Made by a program: the position numbers and the translations under genes | Origin: Pristiophorus japonicus | Lineage: Eukaryota | Length of the DNA: 64,000 nt | Assembly (NCBI RefSeq): GCF_044704955.1 | Contig: NC_091978.1 | Coordinates: 273,172,001 to 273,236,000 of the forward strand | Direction: 5' to 3' | Notes under the pieces: model-generated | Databases searched by the model: none | What the model was told of the DNA's origin: nothing | What the model saw: only the letters and a program-made list of their open reading frames with translations | In this document: positions 11,549 to 23,105 of the stretch, piece by piece | How the letters are laid out: every line of letters begins with the position of its first letter | Numbering within the stretch: the first letter of the stretch is position 1

Positions 11549-14500
11549 GTTAACATGGTGAACGCGGCTCGGGGCCCCGCAGGCAGGCAAGGGCATTTCG
11601 AAACCGCCCAGGCAGCAACAGGCTCTAGGGTGGGCCTGCAACAAGGACAATGGAAAGGGGATCGGCAATTCACGTCATCTCGAGGAACAATGCATCCCGC
11701 GATGGGACCATTAACACCCACCACCAGAGTGCTTAGAAACAGCCAAATGGGCAATCAGAGACGAATACCTGGTAATAGTTCTTTTGTTAACAGCAATCTC
11801 AATCTCAGCTCATGCTGGAGGTGCGGGGGTAGACACACTGCGAGAAGCTGCAGGTTCTAGCAATATGCCTGTAGGATTTGTAATGTTAGTGGACACTTGG
11901 CCAGGATGTGCAAAAAGGCAGTAGCGAGGCTAATCTGGGAGACAGAGGAACCAGACGAGGGGTCTGCAATGCAGGATGAGGCTGGGGCAAAGCCATAGAT
12001 GCTGAAGTTCAGTGGATTCATGTGGCTGACGTCCACAGCTCAGACACTAAAACGCCACCCATGATGATGAAAATCTTACTGAATGGCATCCCGGTGCACA
12101 TGGAGCTGGATACGGGAGCTAGCCAGTCACTCATGAGCGCCCAACAATTTGAGAGACTATGGCCACACAGAGCTAGCAGGCCCAAACTGGAACGCATTGA
12201 GACGCAGTCACGGACATACACCAAAGAGATCATCCCAGTGCTGGGCAGTGCAAACTTGGTGGTAACACATAATGGATTACAGAACCGGCTGCCTCTCTGG
12301 ATCGTTCCGGGAAATGGCCCTGCGCTTTTGGGGAGGAGTTGGCTAGCTGAGATGAATTGGAAATTGGGGGGGGGGGGGGGGAGTTGTGCGCGCCATTTCA
12401 TTTGTGGAGCGAAGTTCATGCTCACAGGTCCTGCAAAAATTCAGGTCACTGTTTCAACCTAGTGTCGGAACGTTCAAGGGCACTAAAGTAGTGATACGCA
12501 TCACTCCGGACGCCAGACCAGTGCACCACAAAGCTAGAGCGGTGCCGTATGTGATGCGTGAAAAAATTGAATGCGAACTGGATAGGCTGCTCAGAGAGGG
12601 CATAATTTTGGCCGTTGAATTCAGTGACTGGGCAAGATCCATCATTCCCGTCCTCAAAGCAGATGGTTCGGTTAGGATTTGTGGCGACTACAAAGCCACC
12701 ATCAACCGAATATCGCTGCAAGACCAATACCCGCTTCCGAGAGCGGAGGACCTATTTGCCAGGCTGGCAGATGGCAAGCTGTTCACGAAGTTGGACCTCA
12801 CTTCGGCCTACATGACTCAGGAACTGGCTGAAGAATCCAAGCTTCTGACCACCATCGTGACGCACAAGGGATTATTTGTCTACAACAGGTGTCCGTTTGG
12901 CATTCGTTCGGCAGCAGCCATCTTTCAGAGAAACATGGAAAGCTTGCTCAAATTCATTCCTGGGATGATCGTATTCCAAGACGACATTCTCATAATGGGT
13001 TGAGACACCGAAGAACATCTCCACAACTTGGAGGAGGTGCTATGTCGATTGGATCGGGAAGGCTTGCGGCTGAAAAAGGCCAAGTGTGTGTTTTTGGCCC
13101 CAGAGGTTGAGTTCCTGGGCAGGAGGGTTGCCGCAGACGGGATCCGGCCCACTGAATCAAAAACGGAGGCGATCCGCCGGGCGCCCAGTCCCAGCAACAC
13201 ATCGGAGTTGCGATCATTCCTGGGACTTTTGAACTATTTTGGGAACTTTCTGCCGAACTTAAGCACATTGTTGGAGCCGTTACACATGCTCCTGCATAAA
13301 GGTTGTGAATGGTTTTGGGGGGACTGTCAAGAACGGGCTTTCAATAAGGTGAGGAACCTGCTGTGTTCCAAGAAACTGTTGACTTTGTATGACCCTTGAA
13401 AAAAACTGGTTTTAACATGTGATGCATCATCCTACAGGGTTGGGTGTGTGTTGCAGCAGGGTAACGATAATGGCCGACTCCAACCGGTGGCTTACGCCTC
13501 CAGGTCGCTCTCCCAGGCAGAGCGTGGATACGGCATGGTCGAGAAGTAAGCACTCGCGTGTGTTTACGGTATGAAAAAGGTGCACCAGTACCTTTTTGGT
13601 AGACAGTTCGAGCTAGAGACAGACCACAAGCCATTAACATCCTTGTTGTCCGACAGCAAGGCTGTCAACGCCAATGCGTCAGCTCGCATAGAGCACAAGG
13701 CCCTCACACTGGCTGCGCATGACTACACCATACGGCACCGGAAATTGCGCTGACGCACTCAGCAGGCTCCCACTGGCCACCACTGAGGGGGCGTCGGAGC
13801 AGAGCGCCGAGATGGTCATGGCCGTTGAGGCTTTTGACACTGCGGGCTCCCCCATCACAGCCCGCCAGATCAAACTCTGGACCAACAGGTGGCCGCTCCT
13901 ATCCATGATAAAGAAATGTGTCCTGACTGGGGATTGGGCGCCCGCACACAGGGCGTGCCCCGAGGAAGTCAGACCGTTTCAGAGATGAATGGATGAGCTC
14001 TCCATCCAAGTCGACTGCCTGCTATGGGGCAGCCAGGTAGTCATGCACCAGAAAGGAAGGGAAGTGTTCATCAGGGAACTCCACAGCGAGCACCCTGGCA
14101 TCTTGTTAATGAAGGCCATTGCCCGGTCACATGTATGGTGGCCGGGGATTGACTCAGACCTGGAACACTGGGTTCGCAGGTGCACGACATGTGCCCAGCT
14201 GGGCAATGCCCCCAGGGAGGCCCCACTCAGCCCGTGGCCCTGGCCCACCAGACCATGGTCACATATTCATGTAGATATGCGGGCCCATTCATGGGAAAAA
14301 TGTTCCTGATCGTTGTCAATGCATACTCGAAGTGGATCGAGTGCATCATATTGAATTCGTGCACGACATCCATCACCGTGGAGAGTCTGCGTGCGGTTTT
14401 CGTGAACCATGGCTTGCCGGACATCCTGGTCAGCGACAATGGCCCGTGTTTCACCAGCCATGAATTCCAGGAGATTATGTCGGGCAATGGTATCAAGCAC

Positions 14501-15471
14501 GTCCGGGCAGCGCTGTTCAAGCTGGTTTCCAATGGCCAGGCGGAACGGGTGGTCCACGTCATAAAACAGGGCATGCTACGCATCCAAGGACCCTCCCTTC
14601 AGTACCACCTATTGCGCCTCCTGCTGGCCTACAGGTCCCACCCACACTCGCTCACGGGAGTCCCGCCAGCGGAACTCCTCATGAAACGCACGCTCAAAAC
14701 GCGGCTATCCCTCATTCACCCAGCCCTGGCAGACATTGTTGAGGGCAAGTGCCAGTCCCAAACCGAGCTCCATGATCGAAACTCAAGGGGGAGTTGTATA
14801 GAAATAGATGACCCGGTATTTGTTCTTAACCATGCTTTGGGACCCAAGTGGCTTGAGGGCACCATAATTGGCAAAGGAAATAGAGTCATGGTGGTCCGAC
14901 TAAACAATGGGCAGATATGCCGCAAACACTTGGACCAAGTAAAGAAAAGGTTCAGCAGAGACACAGAGGAACCTGAAGAAGAGCATGAAATGGCACCCAT
15001 GCCACTGCTAGCGGGCGAGCAACAAAGACAGCCCTCAGCATGCACAGTCCCTGCACCCACCCGGACAGGTCAGAATCACCTCAAGTGACAGAGACGTGTG
15101 CCGAGGCTCAGCCACCAGAGCCACAACTGCGGCGCTCCACGAGAGAGTGTCGACCATCTGACAGACTTAACCTCTGAAACAAAAAGACTTAAGGGGGGAG
15201 GTGATGTCATGTATTTAACTATCTTGCAATGACATAGTCATGTAACTGTAACTCATGTACACTGTACCTGTACCATAGAAATGCACACCCTGACCACAGG
15301 GGGTGAACTTGCGGGAGACACTCCTCACCTGGGTTTCCAGGTATAAAAGGGGAGGTCCCATCCAGGGTCAGCACTCCTTGGCCCTGGCAATAAAGGTGAA
15401 GGTCACAGAGTGACCGTGTCTTATATATCCATGCCTCGTGTGAGTTTGTAGTAAGGTGCAGGGACACTACA
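11549..15471 (+). mobile_element. Gypsy LTR retrotransposon (gag zinc knuckles, protease, RT, RNase H, integrase, 3' LTR); 5' LTR lost; inactivated
   Basis: CWRCGGRH..C and CRICNVSGHLARMC knuckles, LDTGAS protease, VRICGDYK/FQDD RT, CDAS/ETDHKPL RNase H, HSEHPG..CTTC and VSDNGPCF integrase; multiple stops and frameshifts. Confidence 0.95.
15205..15471 (+). repeat. Gypsy 3' LTR
   Basis: Follows PPT AAGGGGGGAGG; TGT...ACA ends; TATAAAA and AATAAA inside; homologous to 384-641. Confidence 0.85.
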
Positions 15472-18400
15472 GGAGAGCTATAGTGATAGGGGATTCTATA
15501 GTAAGGGGAATAGATAAGCGTTTCTGTGGCTGCAAACGAGACTCCAGGATGGTATGTTGCCTCCTTGGTGCAAGGGTCAAGGATATCTTGGAACGGCTGC
15601 AGCGCATTCAGGAGGGGGGGGAGAGTGAACAGCCAGCTGTCATGGTGCATATAGGTACCAACGATATAGGTAAAAAACAGGATGAGGTCCTACAAGCTGA
15701 ATTTAGGGAGCTAGGAGTTAAATTTAAAAGTAGCACCTCAAAAGGTAGTAATCTCAGGATTGCTACCAGTGTCATGTGCTAGACAGAGCAGGAATCGCAG
15801 GATAGCTCAGATGAATACGTGGCTTGAGGAATGGTGCAAGGGGGAGGGATTCAAATTCCTGGGACATTGGAACTGGTTCTAGGGTGATGGGACCAGTACA
15901 AACCAGACAGTCTGTACCTGGGCAGGATCGGAACTGATGCCCTAGGTGGAGTGTTTACTAGTGCTGTTCGGGAGGGTTTAAACTAAAATGGCAGGGGGAT
16001 GGGAATCTATGCAGGGAGGCAGAGGGAAGTAAAAAGGGGGCAGAAGCAAAAGGTAGGAAGGAGAAAAACAAGAGTGGAGAGCAGAGAAATCAAGGGCAAA
16101 AATCAAAAACGGCCACATTACAACATAATTCTAAAAGGACAAAGTGTGTTAAAAAAAACAAGCCTGAAGGCTGTGTCTCAATGCGAGGAGCATTCGTAAT
16201 AAGGTGGATGAATTAACTGCGCAGATAGCTGTTAACGGATACGATGTAATTGGGATTACGGAGTCATGGCTCCAGGGTAACCAAGGCTGGGAACTCAACA
16301 TCCAGGGGTATTCAATATTCAGTAAGGATAGACAGGAAGGAATAGGAGGTGGGGTAGCGTTATTGGTTAAGGAGGAGATTAATGCAATAGTAAGGAAGGA
16401 CATTAGCGTGGATGATGTGGAATCTAGAGCTGCGAAACACCAAAGGGCAGAAAACGTTAGTGGGAGTTGATGGCATCAAACAGGAAATTAGCGACGTGTG
16501 TAATAAGGGTACAGCAGTTATCATGGGTGACTTTAATCTACATATTAATTGGGCTAACCAAACTGGTAGCAATATTGTGGAGGAGGGGGTTCCTGGAATG
16601 TATAAGGGATGGTTTTCTAGATCAATATGTCGAGGAACCAACTAGAGACCAGGCCATTCTAGACTGGGTCTTGTGTAACAGGAGAGGATTAATTAGTAAT
16701 CTGGTCGTGCGAGGCCCCTTGGGGAAGAGTGACCATAATATGGTAGAATTCTTCATTAAGATGGAGAGTGACACAGTTAATTCAGAGACTCGGGCCCTGA
16801 ACTTAAAGAAAGGAAACTCCAACGGAATGAGACGTGAATTGGCTAGGATAGACTGGTGAATGATACTTAAAAGGGTTGATGGTGGATCGGCAATGGCAGA
16901 TATTTAAATATCACATGGATGAACTACAACAATTGTACATCCCTGTGTGGCGTAAAAATAAAAAAGGGAAGGTGGCTCAGCCACGGCTAACAAGGGAAAT
17001 TAGGGAAAGTGTTAAATCGAAGGAAGAGGCATATAAATTGGCCAGAAAAATCAGCAAACCTGAGAACTGGGAGAAATTTAGAATTCAGCAGAGGAGGACT
17101 AAGAGTTTAATTAGGTGGGGGGAAAGAGAGTATGAGAGTAAGCTTGCAGGGAACATAAAAACTGACTGCAAAAGCTTCTGAAGAGAAAAAGATTAGTGCA
17201 GTCAGAATCAGGTGAATTTATAATGGGGAACAAGGAAATGGCAGACCAATTGAACAAATACTTTGGTTCTGTCTTCACTAAGGAAGACACGAATAACCTC
17301 CCGAAAATACTAGGGGACTGAGGGTCTAGCAAGAAGGGGCAACTGAGGGAAATCCTCATTAGTCAGGAAATGGTGTTCAGAAATTGAAGGGATTGAAGGC
17401 CGATAAATCCCCATAGTCTGCATCCCAGAATACTTAAGGAAGTGGCCATAGAAATAGTAGATGCATTGGTGGTCATTTTCCAACATTCCATTGACTCTGG
17501 ATCAGTTCCTATGGATTTGAGGGTAGCTAATGTAACCCCACTTTTTAAAAAGGAGAGAGAGAGAAAACTGGGAATTATAGACTGGTTAGCCTGACATCGG
17601 TGGTGGGAAAATGCTGGAGTCAATTATTAAAGATGTAATAGCAGCGCATTTGGAAAGCAGTGACAGGATCGGTCCAAGTCAGCATAGATTTATGAAAGGG
17701 AAATCATGCTTTACAAATCTTCTAGAGTTTTTTGAGGCTGTAACTAGTCGAGTGGATAAGGAAGAACCAGTAGATGTGGTGTATTTGGTTTTTCAAAAGA
17801 CTTTTGACAAAGTCCCATACAAGAGATTAGCATGCAAAATTAAGGCACATGGTATTGGGGGTAATGTATTGACATGGATAGAGAACTGGTTGGCAGACAG
17901 GAAGCAGAGAGTCGGGATAAACAGGTCCTTTTCAGAATGGCAGGCAGTGACTAGTGGGGTGCTGCAGGGTTCAGTGCTGGGACCCCAGCTATTTACAATA
18001 TGCATTAATGATTTAGACGAAGGAATTGAAAGTAATATCTCCAAGTTTGCAGATGACACTAAGCTGGATAGCAATGCGAGCTGCAAGGAGGATGCTAAGA
18101 GGCTGCAAGGTGACTTGGACAGGTTAGGTGAATGGGCAAATGCATGGCAGATGCAGTATAATGTGGATAAATGTGAGGTTATCCACTTTGGTGGCAAAAA
18201 CAGGAAGGCAGATTATTATCTGAATGGTGACAGATTAGTAAAAGGGGAGGTGCAACGAGACCTGGGTGTCATGTACATCAGTCATTGAAGGTAGGTATGC
18301 AGGTACAGCAGGCAGTAAAGAAAGCAAATGGCATGCTGGCCTTCATAGCGAGGGGATTTTTGTATAAGAGCAGGGAGATCTTGCTGCAGTTATACAGGGC

Positions 18401-18945
18401 CTTGGTGCGACCACACCTTGAGTATTGTGTGCAGTTTTGGTCTCCTAATCTGAGGAAGGATGTGCTTGCTATTGAAGGAGTGCAGTGAAAGTTCACCAGA
18501 CTGATTCCCGGGATGACAGGACTGACATATGAGGAAAGACTGGATCGGCTAGGCTTATACTCACTGGAATTTAGAAGAATGAGAAACGTATATAATTCTG
18601 ATGGGTTAGATGCAGGAAGAGTGCTCCCGATGTTGGGGAAGTCCAGAACCAGCGGACACAGCCCAAGGATAAGGGGTAAGCCATATAGGTCCGAGATGAG
18701 GAGAAACTTTTTCACCCGAGTTGTGAACCTGTGGAATTCTCTGCCACAGAAAGTTGTTGAGTCCAGTTCATTGGACATATTCAAAAGGGAGTTAGATGTG
18801 GCCCTTACGGCTAAAGGGATCAAGGGGTATGGAGAGAAGGCTGGGTGGAGTACTGAGGCTGAATGATCAGCCATGATCATATTGAATGGCGGTGCAGGCT
18901 CGAAGGGCCAAATGGCCTACTCCTGCACCTATTTTCTATGTTTCT
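15472..18945 (+). mobile_element. CR1 LINE lacking its 5' end (from ORF1 esterase to 3' tail), disrupted
   Basis: AIVIGDSIVRG, ITESWL, MGDFN, GKSDH, SGVLQGSVLGP and FADD motifs; TTTTCTATGTTTCT tail. Confidence 0.93.
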
Positions 18946-19014
18946 TTGTGCCTGTGGTGCCTCTGTTAGAGCTATCCAATTAGTACCACTCCCCTGCTCT
19001 TCCCTATAGCCGGG

Positions 19015-19587
19015 TAAATGTGGGGATTTCGAGCTCTGCTGCAATTATAGGGTTAAGAAGGGGTCTCGGGGCTCAAATTAACTCACAGGCCATTTTCAGT
19101 GCTCAGCTTTTAGATTGCTTAATAGGCAGTTGAGAATAACATGTTGACTTTGCTAGAACTAATGAGGTAGGAACCACAAGGGGCTGAGGAGGGTAGAATA
19201 GCAGAACACTGGGGCAGACGTGAACCGTTAGCAAAATATCACCTGGCTGAGCAAGGTTCATGGTAGCAACAACTGATTGTGGTCACATCAGTCATACCTT
19301 CTTCAGTTTTGAAGGCAGTACCTTAATGTTACGCGAGCTAGGCAGAAAACAAAGGTGAGTGATTGTGACGCAGAAGGAAATTGCCCAGTCACTGTGCACA
19401 CGGGCTTTAAATTAATCAAATTGTGCCAAAGAATCGTGCACAAGGTTGAGTGTATAAAAGGTTGTTTGAAACTACGTATTGCTGGGCAGTGACTCGGCTG
19501 GGCCCATAGCAGGTCACCTCCCCACCGGTGCGAATAAAGACTGCTTGAATCTTCGAACACAGACCTGGTGTCGAGTTCTCCACTACA
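19015..19587 (+). repeat. 5' LTR of the env-bearing element
   Basis: Aligns by eye along its length with 33034-33628; TATAAAA, AATAAA and terminal CCACTACA. Confidence 0.88.
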
Positions 19588-19589
19588 AT

Positions 19590-19607
19590 TGGCATTGTCG
19601 GCAGAAT
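19590..19607 (+). promoter_or_regulatory. Primer binding site, tRNA-Ser-like
   Basis: TGGCATTGTCGGCAGAAT, 2 nt after the LTR; 15/18 match to TGGCGTAGTCGGCAGGAT, the complement of a vertebrate tRNA-Ser 3' end (from recall). Confidence 0.75.
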
Positions 19608-19844
19608 CTCAAGTGGGCGGCGGACACCAGCAGATGGAAGCCATGTCATCGGTGTGAGTACATTTTAATTACAAAGCACAGTTATGACAAGGGCAGAAAT
19701 CCATCTGGTGTCAGCTGCCTGAGACGTTCGAATCTGCAGGTCTGGCCGAGACTTCAAGTAGTCAGCGGAAGATCCCAGGTGAAACAATTGCGATTGGCTA
19801 AATAGAAGTGTGTCTGTGTAACGTTGCGATTGATAATTGGTATA

Positions 19845-20095
19845 GTTTGCAAATAACGGTCTCACTCGTGAGGAGTAAGTAAGGGATGTACTGCTGACAA
19901 CCAATAGGTTGCAAGTAACAGTCTCACTCAGGACAAGTAAGTAAGGGACGTACTGCTGACAACCAATAAGGTTGCAAATATCAGTCTCACTCGTGAGGAT
20001 TAAGTAAGGGACGAACCACTGACAACCAATGGGTTGCAAGTAACGGTCTCACTCAGGATGAATAAGTAAGGGACATACCGCTAACACGGTACCCA
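19845..20095 (+). repeat. ~60-bp tandem repeat (about 4 copies) in the LTR element's 5' leader
   Basis: Unit approximately GGTTGCAAGTAACAGTCTCACTCAGGA..AAGTAAGGGACGTACTGCTGACAACCAATA. Confidence 0.85.
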
Positions 20096-20375
20096 ATAGA
20101 CAAAAATCGAAAACTAATTGAAATAATGATTAAATAAAATTGGAAACCAGACAACCCACCAGCTGAATAAAGAAAATGGTGGGAGTTGTAAAAGAAACAA
20201 AAGGAGGAGAAAGCCCTCATTTTAGTTACTCGCGTGTATTATGAATTAAGTAGACGGACTAGACTATTGACAGAGAAAGCGACAAAATAAACCAACAGTA
20301 GGTGTGATGGCGACAGCACCTGTCAGGACACATAAAAAGGACAATATAGAAGGAGGGGGGGCGAAGGGGTGTAGG

Positions 20376-20495
20376 TTTAGAGACTATCTCTTCACTCAGA
20401 GGGTAGTGGGGGCCTGGAACTCACTGCCTGAAAGGGTGGTAGAGGTAGAAACCCTCACCATATTTAAAAGGTAATTTGACGTGCACTTAGAGTGT
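20376..20495 (+). mobile_element. Small CR1 ORF2 C-terminal fragment
   Basis: Encodes FTQRVVGAWNSLPERVVE. Confidence 0.7.
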
Positions 20496-21148
20496 ACGGG
20501 GATCAGAAATTGAAACTGGTTTAAGGAATAATGGATAGTTATGACTCAATAAAAAAGGAGAAAAGGGAAGAGGGGATCGACTTTCCACTTCACATCGCTG
20601 GCCTAGTGCCCATATATCGCCCAAAACGGCCTGCTATAGCCCATTTTGACTGAACAGTGGAAAGTTAGGCTGGATCATCATCAGAAAATTCTCCCCCCAA
20701 CTTTCGGCTTACATCGCCGAGCTGATCACCGAGATCATCGCCCGCACATTGCCCAGTGCAACTTTCGGCACATCGTTGGACTGATCGCTCGCCGAGAGCA
20801 TCGCTGGAGAATAGTTGCTTTTCCCGGGCTTTCCTCGCATAACTGGGTACTTTTGAAGGGAGGAGGCTGCTAAAACAAGAATGCTTACTAATTTGTGAGT
20901 TATTTAAGTGTATTTTACAGATATATGCACTCAAATTTAAACTTACATTTATTATTATAATTATATTTGCATTTATTTTAGCAGAAAGGGCATTTATATC
21001 AACAGTGAAAGTAATAGCAATAGTGATTAAAGTGTTGGGGCTGCAGCTTCTCTGCCATTATTTGTAAGTGCTCAACTGCTGGCATCTAAACTTGAGTTAA
21101 GTGAAGGGTTTAGTGAAGGGGTCAATCGTAGAGGTCGAAGATTAACGC

Positions 21149-22177
21149 ATGTCTGATGACGCACGCCTTCGGAGGTTATGCTTCCGAAAGGAGGTCATCA
21201 ATGAGATATGTCAGCTCATCAAGGGGGATCTGCAGCCTACCAGCACCATCAGGACTGCACTGTCCATTGAGGTAAAGGTTACTGCAGCACTACCCTTCTA
21301 TGCATTGGGCTCCTTTCAGGCTTCAGCTGGTGACATCTGTGGTATCTCTCAGCATGCTACACATTGCTCCATTCGACAGGTGACTCAAGCCCCTTATGCT
21401 CACAGGATGGACTTTATAAGCTTCCCTATGACCAGGGAGGCACAGACCAGGACGGCTTTGGATTTCTCAAGAATAGCAAACTTCCCCAAGGTGCAGGGAG
21501 CAAGAGACTGCATGCACATCACCCTGAAAACACCTCTACAGGACCCAGAGGAGTTTCGTAACCGAGAGGGAGTTCATTCGCTGAATGTGCAGCTCATTGT
21601 CGACCACAACCAAATTATCATGGCAATTAATGCTAATTTTCGAGGCAGCATCCATGATGCACACATCTAGTGTGAAAGTGCTGTCTCTGACCTATTTGAC
21701 AGTCAGCCACAAGGTCATGGTTGGATGCTGGGAGATAAAGGATATGGCCTTGCCAGCTGGCTCATGAACCCCCTGCCTAATCCCGTTACTGAAGCCGAGA
21801 AGCGTTACAATGAAAGCCACATAGCTACACGCAACATCGTCAAAAAGACAATTGGAGTCCTAATGCAATGTTTCAGATGCCTGGACCACTCTGGAGGCAG
21901 CCTACAGCACCATCCTGACCAAGTCGCTGAGTTTATTGTGGTGTGTTGCATGTTACATAACCTAGTTATAAGGAGAGGACAACATTTGCCAGATGGGGTT
22001 GCTGGTCCACCTCAAGAAGGATTGGAGACGGAAGAGGTAGATGACGAGGAGCAGGAGGAGGAGGAGGCTAATGAACCCATGCTCCCACGCCCACCCACAA
22101 GACTAGAAAAACCCTGTGGGAGTTACGCAGCTGCAAAACTGTTGCGTGAGCAGCTCATAAATGAACGCATTGCATGA
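21149..22177 (+). pseudogene. Harbinger (HARBI1-like) DDE transposase with one in-frame stop
   Basis: ORFs 21149-21670 and 21725-22177 share a frame, separated only by TAG 21668-21670. Motifs FPKVQGARDCMHI, HSLNVQ, GSIHD, LGDKGY, YNESHIATR..KTIG..FRCL, CCMLHN. Confidence 0.92.
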
Positions 22178-22522
22178 ACTTACATTGTGGACAGCCACAG
22201 TTACTGTTATGGTTATCGCAAAACAATGATTGCATTTGCCTTGAGTTACATTACATCCTTGCTTGGTCTGGCCGGCCATTGTTTACATTAATATGTTATT
22301 ACGTTATAAGAAAATGCACAATTGTAAATTGTAATAAAAATTTTTACTTAAACAAAATTTATATTATAACAACAACAGCCCACCAACCCACCCAACCTCT
22401 CCAAACCACACCCCGACAGTAAAACAGTGTCACACTGTGTACAAAATAAATTTCATCGAGGAGATTTAATATTAAAATTATAATTACAATGTTCATTAAT
22501 GCAATATAAAATCTGTACTTAC

Positions 22523-22759
22523 TCTTACTGATGCAACCAGGCTGTTCCAACGCTTGCAGCATTGGTCGGGCCCCCTCGCCTCGTGGGATGCCAAGGCGAC
22601 GACGTCCATAATCTCGATCCATATTTTTCTGTAGGCCCGGGATGGAGGTTTCCCACTGCCACCCTGGGTTAATGCGACTCACCTAGAGGGCACCTTTTGA
22701 ACGAGGGCCTCATTTGCCTCATCAGAAAATGGTTTTGCCCTTTTGCGACCCCCCTCCAT
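22523..22759 (-). pseudogene. Exon 1 of the Harbinger Myb/SANT gene (not in the ORF track)
   Basis: Minus-strand translation MEGGRKRAKPFSDEANEALVQKVPSR*VALTQGGSGKPPSRAYRKIWIEIMDVVALASHEARGPDQCCKRWNSLVASVR followed by GTAAGT; homologous to 1528-1764. Confidence 0.85.
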
Positions 22760-23105
22760 ACTGTCCGAAGAGGAGGACATTTTATTGTATTTTATTTTGC
22801 ATTGTATTGCACAATAAAATATATTGTATTTTATTTAGAATATTGTATTTTCCTTTTTATATTTTCTCTAATTGCATTTTAAATTAATACCGCCACCGCC
22901 ACCACCACCACTTTTCTTTGATGTTTAAAGTATTTGGGAAGTCATATTCCTTTGTGTGGCAGTGGCTCTTCCCCTTTTCCAAGTGGCATTGGTAAGTTTA
23001 GATTGGCATTACTGAGGTTAATTAACCAATTAAAAACCAACCTTTTATTATGGCCATGATAAAATTGTGTGGAGAGCCTTGAGTTCCGGACAGAAGGTAT
23101 TTCAC

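Larger units (their letters stand above)
20572..22780 (+). mobile_element. PIF/Harbinger transposon remnant B inserted in the LTR element
   Basis: Left end GGGGATCGACTTTCCAC plus ATCGC-rich subterminal region; transposase on + and Myb exon 1 on - (convergent). The right TIR was not found. Confidence 0.85.

Noticed and set aside
10794-11561. 255-aa plus-strand ORF and similar antisense ORFs over LINE/Gypsy coding regions
   Set aside because: Shadow frames of RT-coding sequence on the other strand with no independent motifs.
19590-19607. tRNA gene
   Set aside because: Only an 18-nt complement of a tRNA 3' end, i.e. a primer binding site.
21149-22177. Host HARBI1 gene
   Set aside because: It has an internal stop, a flanking TIR and a convergent Myb exon, and is nested inside an LTR element, so it is a transposon copy.
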